Shown piece after piece: positions 29,348-39,299 of a DNA stretch of 64,000 bases. The position numbers and the translations under genes are program-made. The stretch is from a candidate division WWE3 bacterium (GTDB lineage Bacteria > Patescibacteriota > WWE3 > UBA101185 > UBA10185), in assembly GCA_052035175.1 (NCBI GenBank), contig JBPOHV010000001.1, forward strand, positions 105,569-169,568, in the 5' to 3' direction. Each line of letters starts with the position of its first letter. Position 1 is the first letter of the stretch. The notes under the pieces were generated by a model. It was not told where the DNA came from, made no database searches, and saw only the letters and a program-made list of their open reading frames with translations.

Positions 29348-30460
29348 TCAGCGTACTTGCATTGGCATTACAACATAGACGTATTTGTCGTGATTGTTTG
29401 CAGTTACTTTTATTGGTGCAGCCGCACTCGAAGCGTCAATGGTGAGAGTTGTACCTTTATGTATATTTAAATAATCCAAAAGATACTTTGACTTAAATGC
29501 GATTTCCATTGCACTTCCCGTTATTTTTGCTGGAAGGTTGCTTTCGTGTGTACCATCTTCCGATGATTTTGCGGTGATAGTTACATTTCCCTCTGGATTA
29601 AAATGTATTTTCACAGTTTTGTTTTCGTCGCCATTAAAAACATTTGCCAAAGAAATAGCTTCCAAAAGTGCATCGGCTTCTACTTGTATTTGTGTAGATG
29701 TATTTTGCGGAATTATTGCTTTGTAATTTGGGTATTGTCCGCTAATTACTACCGTTGTTGCTTGAGTTTGACTATCACTCAAGATTATTGAGTTTTCATT
29801 TGTGTTCACTCCAATTTTTAATTGATCGTCTCCAAATATTTTACAGATTTCAGATAAAATGCGTGCAGGTACAATTATTGAAAATGGTGTGTTGCTTTCG
29901 CTGTGTGAACTGATTGGTATAGATTTTTCTGCCAAGCGAAATCCGTCACAACCTACGAGTGTTAGTAAATCATCAGCGTATGATAATAAGACTCCGGTGA
30001 GTACTGGTTGACTGTCGGGGCCGCCTGTTGCAAAAGTTATATAGTTAAGTGCAGTGTTCAATGTTTTTGGATCGACCTCTATAAAAATATCGTTTGTCTC
30101 CATGTTTGGCAATTCTGGAAAATCGTGTGCATTAATTCCATTTATTTTTGTTTTGGCTGTGTCACTAATCAAATGTAAAATATCTTTTTTTAGTTCTATG
30201 TCCAAAGTACGAGAAGAAATGTTATCGATAAGATCTTTTATTTTTTTTGCAGACACAGTTATTTTTCCTGGTGCATCTATAGAAGCTTTTACATTTGTTT
30301 TTATTGAGGTAGTTTGATCAGTGCCTGATAAAGTCAGCGTGTCGTTTTCTGCTTCTATGAGAATGTTTTTTAAAATATCTAGCGTTGACTTTGAAGGAAT
30401 TACTCGATGAACTATATTAATACTTTTGCCTAAATTTTCTTTCAAGCAGGTAAATTTCAT
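29348..30460 (-). CDS. dnaN: DNA polymerase III beta sliding clamp
   Basis: LTGVL...DGFRLA, G.YPNY..IIP, YVVMPM. Confidence 0.93.
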   Translation of the reverse strand: MKFTCLKENLGKSINIVHRVIPSKSTLDILKNILIEAENDTLTLSGTDQTTSIKTNVKASIDAPGKITVSAKKIKDLIDNISSRTLDIELKKDILHLISDTAKTKINGINAHDFPELPNMETNDIFIEVDPKTLNTALNYITFATGGPDSQPVLTGVLLSYADDLLTLVGCDGFRLAEKSIPISSHSESNTPFSIIVPARILSEICKIFGDDQLKIGVNTNENSIILSDSQTQATTVVISGQYPNYKAIIPQNTSTQIQVEADALLEAISLANVFNGDENKTVKIHFNPEGNVTITAKSSEDGTHESNLPAKITGSAMEIAFKSKYLLDYLNIHKGTTLTIDASSAAAPIKVTANNHDKYVYVVMPMQVR

Positions 30461-30473
30461 AAATTTTCAATTA

Positions 30474-30959
30474 TTAGTCTTTTTTGGTTGTTAAGATAAT
30501 ATGCCTTGTTTGTCCTTCGCCTGTGCTTTCAGAAATCACATCTGCATATTCGCGTACAAACATATGCACAAGTCTTCGTTCCCAAGGACTCATTGGAGGT
30601 AGTTCGACATCTTTTTGAAAAAATCTTACTTTATCGATATATCTTTTTACCATTTCATATATCTTTTCTTCTTTTTTTACTTTGTATCCATTGATATCAA
30701 GGTTTGCAAAAACGCGGGATCCAGTTTGTTTGTACATAATAAGTCCAATAACATTTTGCATATTGTCCAATGTATAACCACGTGTACCAATCAAGAAACT
30801 AAGGTCATCGCCTTCGACAATTACATCGTAAGTTTCTACGCCTTCTTCAGATAATTCTGTATGAGGTTGTTTGGTGACTACTACTCCTGCACTAATTCCC
30901 AATTTCTTGAGGAGGTCCTCTGTTACTGTTTTAATTTTTGATTCCATGTTTGCTTCCAT
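30474..30959 (-). CDS. jag: Jag/KhpB (KH + R3H) RNA-binding protein
   Basis: LIGTRGYTL, LPPMSPWERRLVH, SESTGEG; follows yidC. Confidence 0.85.
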   Translation of the reverse strand: MEANMESKIKTVTEDLLKKLGISAGVVVTKQPHTELSEEGVETYDVIVEGDDLSFLIGTRGYTLDNMQNVIGLIMYKQTGSRVFANLDINGYKVKKEEKIYEMVKRYIDKVRFFQKDVELPPMSPWERRLVHMFVREYADVISESTGEGQTRHIILTTKKD

Positions 30960-30969
30960 AATATAGTAT

Positions 30970-31749
30970 CTACCTTTTACCAAATTTTATGACTTTTATC
31001 CAGCTTTTTATTATTTCTTTGTGCATAAGAGCATATTGTTGTGCTAGTGAGTATAGCGTACCAATTACTATATAAAGGGCAACTCCCGAAGGTAGTGTAA
31101 GTGCTACGATAGCATTCATAATTGGCATCATAAGTAACATTTGATTTTGTACTTCGTAGGCAAAATCATCGCTTTTATCTTTTGTTTCTTCGGCAGCTTC
31201 TTTACCAATTTTTGCAAGTGGTGCTGTTAGTTTGGTCAGTACATATTGCAAAAGCCCAGACAATACTGCGAGTACATAATAAGGGTCAGCTTTTGATAAA
31301 TCCATATACAAAAAGCTTGTTTTAATAGCTTCTTTATTTTCAAATGCAAAACTTGGTACATAAAGCATGCTATTTATTTTGGTGATATCAGGGTCAACCG
31401 ACATAAGCCTTATAACTCCAAATAAAGCTATAAGTACAATTATCATAACGACCTGGGTAAGGCAGCCAGATGCTGGGTTGATGCCGTTTTCTTTGAGAAG
31501 CTCCATTTGTTTTTTTGCTAACAGTTGTTTGTCGTCGCCATACTTTTTTTTGAGCTTTTGAATCTCTGGTTGAAGCTCTTTTTGTTTATTCATTGATTTC
31601 ATTGATGGTAAAACAAATGGCAAAAGTATCGTCCTTACCGCTACGGTAAGCAATATTATAGAAATACCCAAATTACCAGTTAGTTGGTAAAAATAAACCA
31701 ATACATTGAGTATTGGTGTGACTAAAATAAGATTCCATAGGTGTGACAT
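30970..31749 (-). CDS. yidC: membrane protein insertase YidC
   Basis: LQPEIQKLKKKY, INPASGCL, LPSGVALY. Confidence 0.92.
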   Translation of the reverse strand: MSHLWNLILVTPILNVLVYFYQLTGNLGISIILLTVAVRTILLPFVLPSMKSMNKQKELQPEIQKLKKKYGDDKQLLAKKQMELLKENGINPASGCLTQVVMIIVLIALFGVIRLMSVDPDITKINSMLYVPSFAFENKEAIKTSFLYMDLSKADPYYVLAVLSGLLQYVLTKLTAPLAKIGKEAAEETKDKSDDFAYEVQNQMLLMMPIMNAIVALTLPSGVALYIVIGTLYSLAQQYALMHKEIIKSWIKVIKFGKR

Positions 31750-31890
31750 ATAACCGCTCCATTTTAAGCTGAATAGCCTTTTATAGCAAGTTTGCCTACC
31801 TTTATGTCCTATAGTTTATTTATCGTCACGAATTTGCTATAGTCGGTGCAACAATCAAACGGCCGCAAGGCCAATAGAAAAAAGGAGCAT

Positions 31891-32331
31891 ATGATGTCTT
31901 TTATAATATTTGATAACATTCCAGCAATTGTTTTGTCGGTCTATGGAAATCTGGCCGAAATAACTCCCAGCCAAGCATACCCTAACCAGGGCTTGGTTAG
32001 GGACTTGCAGACTGAAAGGATCCAAAGTTTTTTTATTGAAAGTAGAGACAAGGTTTACTTTTTTCCAGAGGTAAATCATGTAGGGTCCAACGGGTTTGAG
32101 TTTTTTTTCACTTCCGTGCAGATAGTTGGACAGTTAGTCCAACTGAGCGGTGAGATAGGCCGTATACTGCGGTCTGGTGCGCGTGTAAGTTTCAGTTTCC
32201 CTCTAGACGAGGGAAGGTTAGAAATTTACAATCACCGCATCCATGGCTGGATGCTGAAAGCCGTGGCCACAAAGGGACAGCCTTACGGCTACATAGCGGG
32301 AGATAGTTCTGGTGAAAGAGTTTTCATCTAA
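31891..32331 (+). CDS. hypothetical protein (accessory cassette inside the yidD-yidC operon, antisense)
   Basis: TGcTATAGT promoter, GGCC hairpin, AAAAAAGGAG SD, 3' hairpin. Confidence 0.65.
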   Translation: MMSFIIFDNIPAIVLSVYGNLAEITPSQAYPNQGLVRDLQTERIQSFFIESRDKVYFFPEVNHVGSNGFEFFFTSVQIVGQLVQLSGEIGRILRSGARVSFSFPLDEGRLEIYNHRIHGWMLKAVATKGQPYGYIAGDSSGERVFI

Positions 32332-32345
32332 GTATTCCCACAAAT

Positions 32346-32377
32346 GTGCGCTGGGGTTTTGCCCAACCCCAGCGCAC
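32346..32377 (+). terminator. GC-rich 3' hairpin
   Basis: gtgcgctggggtt / aaccccagcgcac, 13-bp stem. Confidence 0.55.
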
Positions 32378-32476
32378 GGGTTCAAAGCTTTGTAAACTCC
32401 ACCTTATTATTTTTGAAAAATCCGATTTTTATGCTATAAATCCAACGTGGTTAGAGAGACTACGAAGGAGAAAGGC

Positions 32477-32608
32477 ATGAAAAAAAGATTGCTGTCGATT
32501 GTTGCTTTGTTACTACTGGCGGTCATGCTGTTGCTAGCTATATCTAGCAACGAATTTCGCTCGTGGGCTGTTACGCCCACGCAAAGTGAGGTGCAAGTAG
32601 AATACTAA
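32477..32608 (+). CDS. 43-aa hydrophobic peptide MKKRLLSIVALLLLAVMLLLAISSNEFRSWAVTPTQSEVQVEY (not in ORF track)
   Basis: SD AAGGAG, TGcTATAAA upstream, flanked by 13-nt inverted repeat 32447-32459/32651-32663. Confidence 0.65.
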   Translation: MKKRLLSIVALLLLAVMLLLAISSNEFRSWAVTPTQSEVQVEY

Positions 32609-32673
32609 TAGTACTTCGAAAAACTTATCGTTGGCTGTAAAAATCAATTATCTCTCTAACCACAGCCGCTATT

Positions 32674-32889
32674 TCATTTCACCGGGTCATACCCGCTTGG
32701 TCCCCAGGGGTTGCATTTTAGTGTACGTATCGTTCCTAAATACCCGCCTTTTATAACGCCATATTTTTCAATAGCTTCTTTTGTATAGTCAGCGCACGAA
32801 GGTGTAAACCTGCATGTATGTACGCCCCATCTAGCGGGAGATAGCCACTTTTTGTATAAATCTAATAATTTCAGTATTAATATTTTCAT
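32674..32889 (-). CDS. yidD: membrane protein insertion efficiency factor YidD
   Basis: CRFTPSC..Y..EAIEKYG..KG......R..KCNPW...GYDPV. Confidence 0.92.
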   Translation of the reverse strand: MKILILKLLDLYKKWLSPARWGVHTCRFTPSCADYTKEAIEKYGVIKGGYLGTIRTLKCNPWGPSGYDPVK

Positions 32890-33178
32890 AACTTTGTTCT
32901 TTGGCTGATTGCTTGGGATATACACTGATCCAAAGATTTTGCGGTAAATCTTCGAGCCCTAGCCTAAATGCTTCTCTAAAAAGCCTTTTTACATGATTTC
33001 TGACGACAGCTTTTTTGTCAAAATGTGCGCTCGTCACGATGCCTATACGAGTAGGTCCCGTGTAGTTTGTAGGCTTTAAATAAATAATTTTAGCGTAAGC
33101 GGTGTCTATAGGTTTGCCATATTTACGAGTGATATTAAACTCAAAGTTAGTCGTAAGACGATTTTGGCTTTTTAACAT
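32831..33178 (-). CDS. rnpA: ribonuclease P protein component
   Basis: RIGIVTS....KAVVRNHVKRLFRE; synteny with rpmH/yidD. Confidence 0.9.
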   Translation of the reverse strand: MLKSQNRLTTNFEFNITRKYGKPIDTAYAKIIYLKPTNYTGPTRIGIVTSAHFDKKAVVRNHVKRLFREAFRLGLEDLPQNLWISVYPKQSAKEQSYENINTEIIRFIQKVAISR

Positions 33179-33205
33179 GTGTATATTATAGACTTTAGAT
33201 GCTGA

Positions 33206-33382
33206 TTAGTCGTTTGAAGGTTTTTGTTTTGTAGAATAGCTGACTGTGAGTCTTTTTCTACCTTTGGCCATACGTCTTTTAATAACGTTTTTACCGCCTG
33301 GTGTAGCCATTTTTGATAAGAAACCGTGTTTTTTTGCTCGTTTGACTTTTTTGGGTTGCCAAACTCTTTTTGTCTTTGCCAT
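33206..33382 (-). CDS. rpmH: 50S ribosomal protein L34 (58 aa; not in ORF track)
   Basis: [47 protein letters not shown]. Confidence 0.95.
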   Translation of the reverse strand: MAKTKRVWQPKKVKRAKKHGFLSKMATPGGKNVIKRRMAKGRKRLTVSYSTKQKPSND

Positions 33383-33445
33383 AACAGCCAGAATAATAGC
33401 TTATTAAGGCTTTGTAGTCAATGTATTTAAGGTATAATGCTGTGT

Positions 33446-33790
33446 ATGGAACAAAAACATGAAGCTTCTATAGACGACTTATATAAAATCGACGTCAGGC
33501 TTGGCACTATTCTAGTTTGTGAAATTGTGCCTGGTTCAGAAAAATTACTTAGGCTAGAAGTAGACTTTGCAGATTTGGGAAAAAGGCAGATTCTAACTGG
33601 TATGGCCAAGTGGTATCAGCCAGCAGAATTGGTTGGTTTGCAAACTACTTTTGTTGTTAATTTACCTATTCGTAAAATGATGGGGTTGGAGTCTCAAGGT
33701 ATGGTTTTTGCTTTGGGGTTATCTGACGATACAAAACCAGTTTTCTTAATTCCCAAAGATTATGCACCAAACGGCGAAGGTGTTAGATAG
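33446..33790 (+). CDS. stand-alone tRNA-binding OB-fold protein (Trbp111/CsaA/MetRS C-terminal-like)
   Basis: DVRLGTI...SEKLL...RQILTG...VVNL..RKMMGLESQGM. Confidence 0.88.
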   Translation: MEQKHEASIDDLYKIDVRLGTILVCEIVPGSEKLLRLEVDFADLGKRQILTGMAKWYQPAELVGLQTTFVVNLPIRKMMGLESQGMVFALGLSDDTKPVFLIPKDYAPNGEGVR

Positions 33791-33817
33791 TCATAAGTTG
33801 ATATAATCGCTTTGTTT

Positions 33818-35032
33818 ATGCAAAAAACTTACTATATTAAAACGCTCGGCTGCCAAGCCAATATTGCCGATTCAAATACAATTGCAGGTTTATTGGAGGC
33901 TTTGGATTTTTTACCCTATAAAATAGAAAAGGTATATGAAAATGAGCAACAAGAAATGGTAGATGTTTTGGGCAAAGTCGATTTATTCATACTCAATACT
34001 TGTTCTATTAGACAAAAAAGTGAAGATAAAGCATACGGTGTGGGAAGACACTTACGCTTGGCAAAAGATGCGACAGGCCATAAACCGTTTGTAGTCATGT
34101 CTGGGTGTATGGTGGGCAGTGTTACAGGTGAACGTCAAAGATATGAGTTTGAAAAATTACAAAAAAAGACTCAGTGGGTTGATTTGTATATTAATCCTTC
34201 TCAGATTTTTGAATTGCCAAACAAACTTTTTGAAAAAGGAATATTATCAGATTGGGCGTTGTCTACATTTGATGTTACCTCTATAGTTCCAAAGTCTGAA
34301 GATGAAAAACGTGCATTTGTAAACATTTCTCAAGGTTGTGATAACTTTTGTACATTTTGTGTCGTACCGTACGCAAGAGGTAAAGAAGTTTCTCGTACAA
34401 AAAAAGAAATCTTGGGCGAAATAAATCATTTGGCAAAACGCGGAGTTACGCATATCACGTTATGTGGTCAGAATGTAAATTCGTGGGGGCTTTCGATGTC
34501 TGAAAAATTCGAAATTCGCACAGGTAGCGATCACCAAATTCCGTTTGCAGATTTATTAAGAGAAATACACGCGATCGACGGTATTCAACAAATAGATTTT
34601 GTGTCATCTAATCCTTTCGACTTTGCAAATGAACTTATAGAAACAATCAAACTGCCAAAGATTTCTAATTATATGCATATCGCAGTGCAATCAGGTAACA
34701 ACGAAGTTTTAAAAAAAATGAATCGTAGACATACAGTCGAAGACTTTATTTATTTGGCAGACCGTTTGAAAGTCGCAAAGCCACAATTAGAACTAGGTAC
34801 AGATATAATTGTGGGCTTTCCTGGTGAAACTCGTGAACAGTTTTTAGATACAGTTGAATTATTTAAAAGAGTTGATTTTGCAGTCGCATATATCAGTATG
34901 TATTCTCAACGAGAAGGTACTCCTGCGACTAGGTTTTATGTCGATGATGTTACAAAAGAAGAAAAAAAATGGCGCCACGCGTATTTGACAAAAATTTGGA
35001 ATGACTCAAAAAGAAACAAAAATGAAATCTAA
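33818..35032 (+). CDS. miaB: tRNA methylthiotransferase MiaB-like, lacking TRAM domain
   Basis: TLGCQAN, NTCSIR, GCDNFCTFCVVP radical-SAM motif; adjacent to miaA. Confidence 0.85.
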   Translation: MQKTYYIKTLGCQANIADSNTIAGLLEALDFLPYKIEKVYENEQQEMVDVLGKVDLFILNTCSIRQKSEDKAYGVGRHLRLAKDATGHKPFVVMSGCMVGSVTGERQRYEFEKLQKKTQWVDLYINPSQIFELPNKLFEKGILSDWALSTFDVTSIVPKSEDEKRAFVNISQGCDNFCTFCVVPYARGKEVSRTKKEILGEINHLAKRGVTHITLCGQNVNSWGLSMSEKFEIRTGSDHQIPFADLLREIHAIDGIQQIDFVSSNPFDFANELIETIKLPKISNYMHIAVQSGNNEVLKKMNRRHTVEDFIYLADRLKVAKPQLELGTDIIVGFPGETREQFLDTVELFKRVDFAVAYISMYSQREGTPATRFYVDDVTKEEKKWRHAYLTKIWNDSKRNKNEI

Positions 35033-35954
35033 AAAAGTTTATATATTGTTAGGACCTACCTCGTCGGGAAAGACTTCGTTAGTAGTTAAGTTGTGTAACC
35101 AATTTGATGGAGAAATAATTTCGTGCGATTCACGTCAAATATGTAAGTATATGAATATTGGTACAGGCAAAGTACCAACTTACAACAAAACTAGCGTAAA
35201 GAATAAAGGAGATCATTGGTTAATCGACGGTGTTAAGGTATGGGGGTACGATCTGGTAACTCCAGATGACTATTTTTCTGCTTTTGATTTTGCAAAGTTT
35301 GCGTTGAGTAAAATATCTGAAATACAAAAAACTACGCCAGACAAAAAAATATTTTTGGTGGGAGGTACAGGTTTGTATATAGATGTATTAACAGGAAATG
35401 TAAAACTTGACCAAGGCGCGCCAAATCTTGAACTGCGTAATGAGTTAGAACAACTTTCTCTTGCTGAACTGTGTTCAAAATTACAAGTTATAGATCAGAA
35501 CCTTTTTGAAAAAATAGATAAACAAAATAAGCACAGGTTAATGCGTGCAATAGAAAGGACATTGTCGCCAAAAGAAGAATCGCTCGAACTTTGTACTGAT
35601 TGCGAGTACATATATTTTGGATTGAATGGCCCACGCGAAACCTTGTATGCGCGAGCAGATGCGTGGGCAAATGAAATTTGGCGACCCGGGCTTTTGGATG
35701 AAACCACATCTCTTCTGACGTCTAGATATAAATATAATACTAAATTAAACGGGTTGATTTATAAGCAAGCGGTCGCATTTTTAAAAAACGAAATTTCAGA
35801 AGATGTAGCCTTGCAACAAATGAAATTTGCACTACATGCGTATATACGTCGCCAGGTTACTTATTTTAATCGGATGAATAAATTTGTTGATATAAAGTGG
35901 TTTGACATTACGGATATAGATTTATATAGCAACATTTCTCATTTTTTGACATAA
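35022..35954 (+). CDS. miaA: tRNA dimethylallyltransferase
   Basis: GPTSSGKT, DSRQ..KYMNIGTGK, VGGTGLY, YIRRQVTYF. Confidence 0.93.
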   Translation: MKSKKVYILLGPTSSGKTSLVVKLCNQFDGEIISCDSRQICKYMNIGTGKVPTYNKTSVKNKGDHWLIDGVKVWGYDLVTPDDYFSAFDFAKFALSKISEIQKTTPDKKIFLVGGTGLYIDVLTGNVKLDQGAPNLELRNELEQLSLAELCSKLQVIDQNLFEKIDKQNKHRLMRAIERTLSPKEESLELCTDCEYIYFGLNGPRETLYARADAWANEIWRPGLLDETTSLLTSRYKYNTKLNGLIYKQAVAFLKNEISEDVALQQMKFALHAYIRRQVTYFNRMNKFVDIKWFDITDIDLYSNISHFLT

Positions 35955-35964
35955 TGTATATAAC

Positions 35965-36948
35965 ATGGATAAACAAGTAGTTATTTCATTTAAAACAGTA
36001 TTGTTTGCAATTTTATCGATTTTAGCGATGTATGTGATTTACAAATTGAAAGCGGTGATAGCTTTGTTGCTCGTGTCAACTTTGTTGGTTATTTCACTTG
36101 AGCCGCTGATCGCAATATTAATGCGTATAACATTTTTTAACAAACCTTTGAGTAGAAATGTCTCAGTTATGCTGTCTTATTTGTTACTTGTTGTTATTTT
36201 GGTAGTCTTTCTGACTATTGGTTGGTCACCTTTATTTACTCAGGCACAGCGCCTTATTAACAGTTTATCTAGCATCGTCCAATTTTATGGTTTTGATAAA
36301 ATCAACAATTTTAGAATTGATTCTCTTTTACCTCAAGCGGCCAGTGTATCGGGGGGGTTATATAACCTAGTAGCGTCTATTTTGTCTAATGTGGCATGGG
36401 TATTTAGCTTTTTTATTATTTCTGTTTACATGTCTTTAGATTGGATAAATATAAAATCTAGATTTGTGAGTGGATTACCAGTCAAGTATCGCTCAGTTGT
36501 GCAAAGCACTATAAAAGAAATAGAAACAAACATAAGTCACTGGTTGAAAGGTCAGTTTATACTTATGTTTGTAGTTGGACTTACAACCTATATAGGCCTT
36601 GTGATTTTGGGCGTCGACTTTCCTTTGGCTTTGGGTCTGATAGCGGGAATGCTAGAGATAGTTCCAATGATGGGACCAATTTTGTCTGCAATAGTGGCTG
36701 CAATCGTTGCTTTTGCCCAAGATCCAATAAAAGGTATTGGGGTTTTGATCTTGTTCACTTTAATTCAACAACTAGAAAATAACATATTGGTACCAAAAAT
36801 AATGCAAAAAGTTAGTGGTTTTAGCCCTTTGGTTGTTTTGTTAGCTTTATTAGTAGGTAGTAACTTTTTTGGGGTTATGGGAGCAATACTGGCTGTACCT
36901 ATTACTATGATAGCAACAATTATCTTAAAAAAGATTTTTAACGATTAA
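35965..36948 (+). CDS. AI-2E family transporter
   Basis: WLKGQ, IVPMMGP, QQLENNILVPKIM, GAILAVP. Confidence 0.88.
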   Translation: MDKQVVISFKTVLFAILSILAMYVIYKLKAVIALLLVSTLLVISLEPLIAILMRITFFNKPLSRNVSVMLSYLLLVVILVVFLTIGWSPLFTQAQRLINSLSSIVQFYGFDKINNFRIDSLLPQAASVSGGLYNLVASILSNVAWVFSFFIISVYMSLDWINIKSRFVSGLPVKYRSVVQSTIKEIETNISHWLKGQFILMFVVGLTTYIGLVILGVDFPLALGLIAGMLEIVPMMGPILSAIVAAIVAFAQDPIKGIGVLILFTLIQQLENNILVPKIMQKVSGFSPLVVLLALLVGSNFFGVMGAILAVPITMIATIILKKIFND

Positions 36949-36957
36949 AAATAAAGT

Positions 36958-37345
36958 GTAGGAAACCGATAAGCCAGATTCTGTGTAATACAGTTGCCTG
37001 TATTAACTGACAATCTATCTATGCTCCATCTTTATACCGTACCCATAGTTTGAGCTTGCGCTGACTTTGGGTGTTCTCGAGCTAAGTATAACGGTAAATT
37101 CGTGGATTGCTGCAGGTGGGATTGCCCGTTTCACCCCCGCCAAGTTCTACTTACGTAGCCATGCGGGACTCGTCTCTGTTGCTCTCAAATAGTGTCAATT
37201 CACTATTTGCCCCTCCGTGGCCTGCTTGCGCAGTCAGGCGGGGACCAGCGCTTACGCGTCGGAGGTTACCCTCCGTCCCTTGCTCTATGCAGTCTGGACT
37301 TTCCTCTCCCACCGAGATGGCGGGAGTAGTCAGTTGGTTTCCTAC
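36958..37345 (-). ncRNA. rnpB: RNase P RNA
   Basis: minus strand GAGGAAAGUCCAGAC and ACAGAAUCUGGCUUA (P4 with compensatory changes); terminal P1 guaggaaacc/gguuuccuac. Confidence 0.92.
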
Positions 37346-37424
37346 GCCGGTATTGTATCGCTATTTGGTTACTTAAGCCAATCTTATCAACTTCATCTTT
37401 TGGTTATTATGCTAATATTATTTT

Positions 37425-38432
37425 ATGGTCGAATCAGATATTGTAGAATCTCCTTTGAAATCAAAAAATGCTTTAATTTTTAAGGTTTTAGCAATATTAT
37501 TTGCTGTTTGTGTTTTGGTTGTTTTGGGGTGCGGATTTTATTATCAAAGCTTAATTATTTCATCAAACTCTTTGGGTGAGGTTAGTTTCAAGATTTCTAG
37601 CGGAGAAAGCGTTTCAGCAATTGCCAATCGTTTACAAAATGAAAAAATAATAAACTCGGCCGTTATATTTCGTCTTCATATAAAGCTTAGTGGTCTGGAC
37701 AATAAAATACAAGCCGGCGACTATACTATTATGCCAAATGCAACAATTGTTAGTTTAGCAGAACTATTTCAGCATGGAACAAATGATGTAAAACTTACAT
37801 TTATAGAAGGGTGGCGTTTGGAGCAATTTGCAAAATATGCAGATGAGCAGCTTGATTCAGTTCTTTATGATGAGTTTATGCAAGCGGCCCAAGATAAAGA
37901 AGGTTTCCTTTTTCCAGATACTTATTTTGTTTCTGGTGATATAGATGCGACGGCATTAGTGCATTTGTTAGCCGTAACGTTTGATGAGCGTGTACAACCT
38001 TTGTTTTCTCAAGAAAATTTACAAAGAGTAGATCTATCTCCTAAAGAGGTAGTTATTTTAGCTTCTTTGATAGAAAGAGAAGCTAAAAGTTTTGAGGATC
38101 GCAAAGTGATTGCAGGTATTTTATTGAAGCGCCTTCGTGAAGGAATGCGTCTAGAAGTTGATGCTACTACACAATACGTTGTCGGTAACTCAGATGATTG
38201 GTGGCCTCATGATTTGACGCTAGATGATTTGAACAATGAAAGTCCTTTTAATACAAGAGTAAATTTTGGTTTACCGCCGTCACCGATTTCTAGTGTGAGT
38301 TTGGATGCTATTACTGCAGTAATCTTTTCGCAGGAATCACCATATTACTTTTATCTCACTGATACTGAAGGTAAGATGCATTATGCTGAAACTTTAGATC
38401 AGCACATAAATAATATCTCTCTTTATCTATGA
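37425..38432 (+). CDS. mltG: endolytic transglycosylase MltG
   Basis: EGFLFPDTY, LASLIEREA, SPFNTR...GLPPSPI. Confidence 0.9.
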   Translation: MVESDIVESPLKSKNALIFKVLAILFAVCVLVVLGCGFYYQSLIISSNSLGEVSFKISSGESVSAIANRLQNEKIINSAVIFRLHIKLSGLDNKIQAGDYTIMPNATIVSLAELFQHGTNDVKLTFIEGWRLEQFAKYADEQLDSVLYDEFMQAAQDKEGFLFPDTYFVSGDIDATALVHLLAVTFDERVQPLFSQENLQRVDLSPKEVVILASLIEREAKSFEDRKVIAGILLKRLREGMRLEVDATTQYVVGNSDDWWPHDLTLDDLNNESPFNTRVNFGLPPSPISSVSLDAITAVIFSQESPYYFYLTDTEGKMHYAETLDQHINNISLYL

Positions 38433-38448
38433 ATAAATTTGCACAGAT

Positions 38449-38883
38449 TCAGATATAGTTTTTGAGTAGTTCTTTTGTTATTTTTATCCCTTCATCGATC
38501 AAAATATTCACATTTATATAAAGCGGAGTGCTGTAAATATCTACCATTTTGAATGCGTCTTCTAGAGTAATATTTATATCTAACAGCTGTGCAGTAGTTT
38601 TAATAGATACATAAGTGTAATACACACCAAATTGTGATAGATATATTTTCACACATTCAATCGATAGTCCTGCTGCTGCTAAAATGCGATTTGTAGTGTT
38701 GTATATGCTTGGTGTAATGTCGTCGCTATCTCGCAGTAAAAATGTGTGGTATTTGTTTGAAAGTTTTATAGGCAACAAAGTTTGTGATTGGCTTTCAAAT
38801 AAATACAGCGTATTTTCAACAACAGCCAAAGCTTCTATCTTTACTAAATATTCTTCATTGTATTCAAGCTTTTCGTTGAGCAT
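38449..38883 (-). CDS. hypothetical protein, possibly DUF151/bifunctional-nuclease-like
   Basis: LPI, V.I....GVYY..., D......PLYI...IL..G pattern. Confidence 0.5.
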   Translation of the reverse strand: MLNEKLEYNEEYLVKIEALAVVENTLYLFESQSQTLLPIKLSNKYHTFLLRDSDDITPSIYNTTNRILAAAGLSIECVKIYLSQFGVYYTYVSIKTTAQLLDINITLEDAFKMVDIYSTPLYINVNILIDEGIKITKELLKNYI

Positions 38884-38909
38884 GATAGCTTGTATAATAA
38901 ACATGTACT

Positions 38910-39299
38910 ATGATTACATTGCCCAATCAGCCTAAGGTTTTAAAAACAGCTATTTATGTCTTTTTAACTCTTTTTCTAATCTTTGCGTTGTATTTTACAA
39001 ACAAAAGCTTAAATAAAGATGAAATGCCACCAGCCGTACCTGTAGAGCAAAACACTTCTTTAGTATCAAAAACTGGTAAAGTTACTTATATTGACGCACG
39101 CACATATCCTGGGGAAAATATAACTTATTATTTAGCTGATAATTCTGGCAAAAGTATAATCTTATTACGTGCGAATGATGATAAGTTGCATGTCGTAGAA
39201 GGTTTATCGGTTACTGTTAAAGGTACAGTCTCGGCTACTGCAGACGGTAAATCAGAAGTTTTATCTGTAGATGAGGTAACAATAAATGGCAATAATTGA
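38910..39299 (+). CDS. membrane-anchored OB-fold-like hypothetical protein
   Basis: N-terminal TM, beta-rich domain, coupled to ftsE. Confidence 0.65.
   Translation: MITLPNQPKVLKTAIYVFLTLFLIFALYFTNKSLNKDEMPPAVPVEQNTSLVSKTGKVTYIDARTYPGENITYYLADNSGKSIILLRANDDKLHVVEGLSVTVKGTVSATADGKSEVLSVDEVTINGNN

Noticed and set aside
14795-32377. GC 3' hairpins of cassettes as integron attC sites
   Set aside because: No RYYYAAC/GTTRRRY core ends and no integrase in the window
37107-37483. two plus-strand ORFs (89 and 88 aa)
   Set aside because: Shadow frames over the GC-rich RNase P RNA
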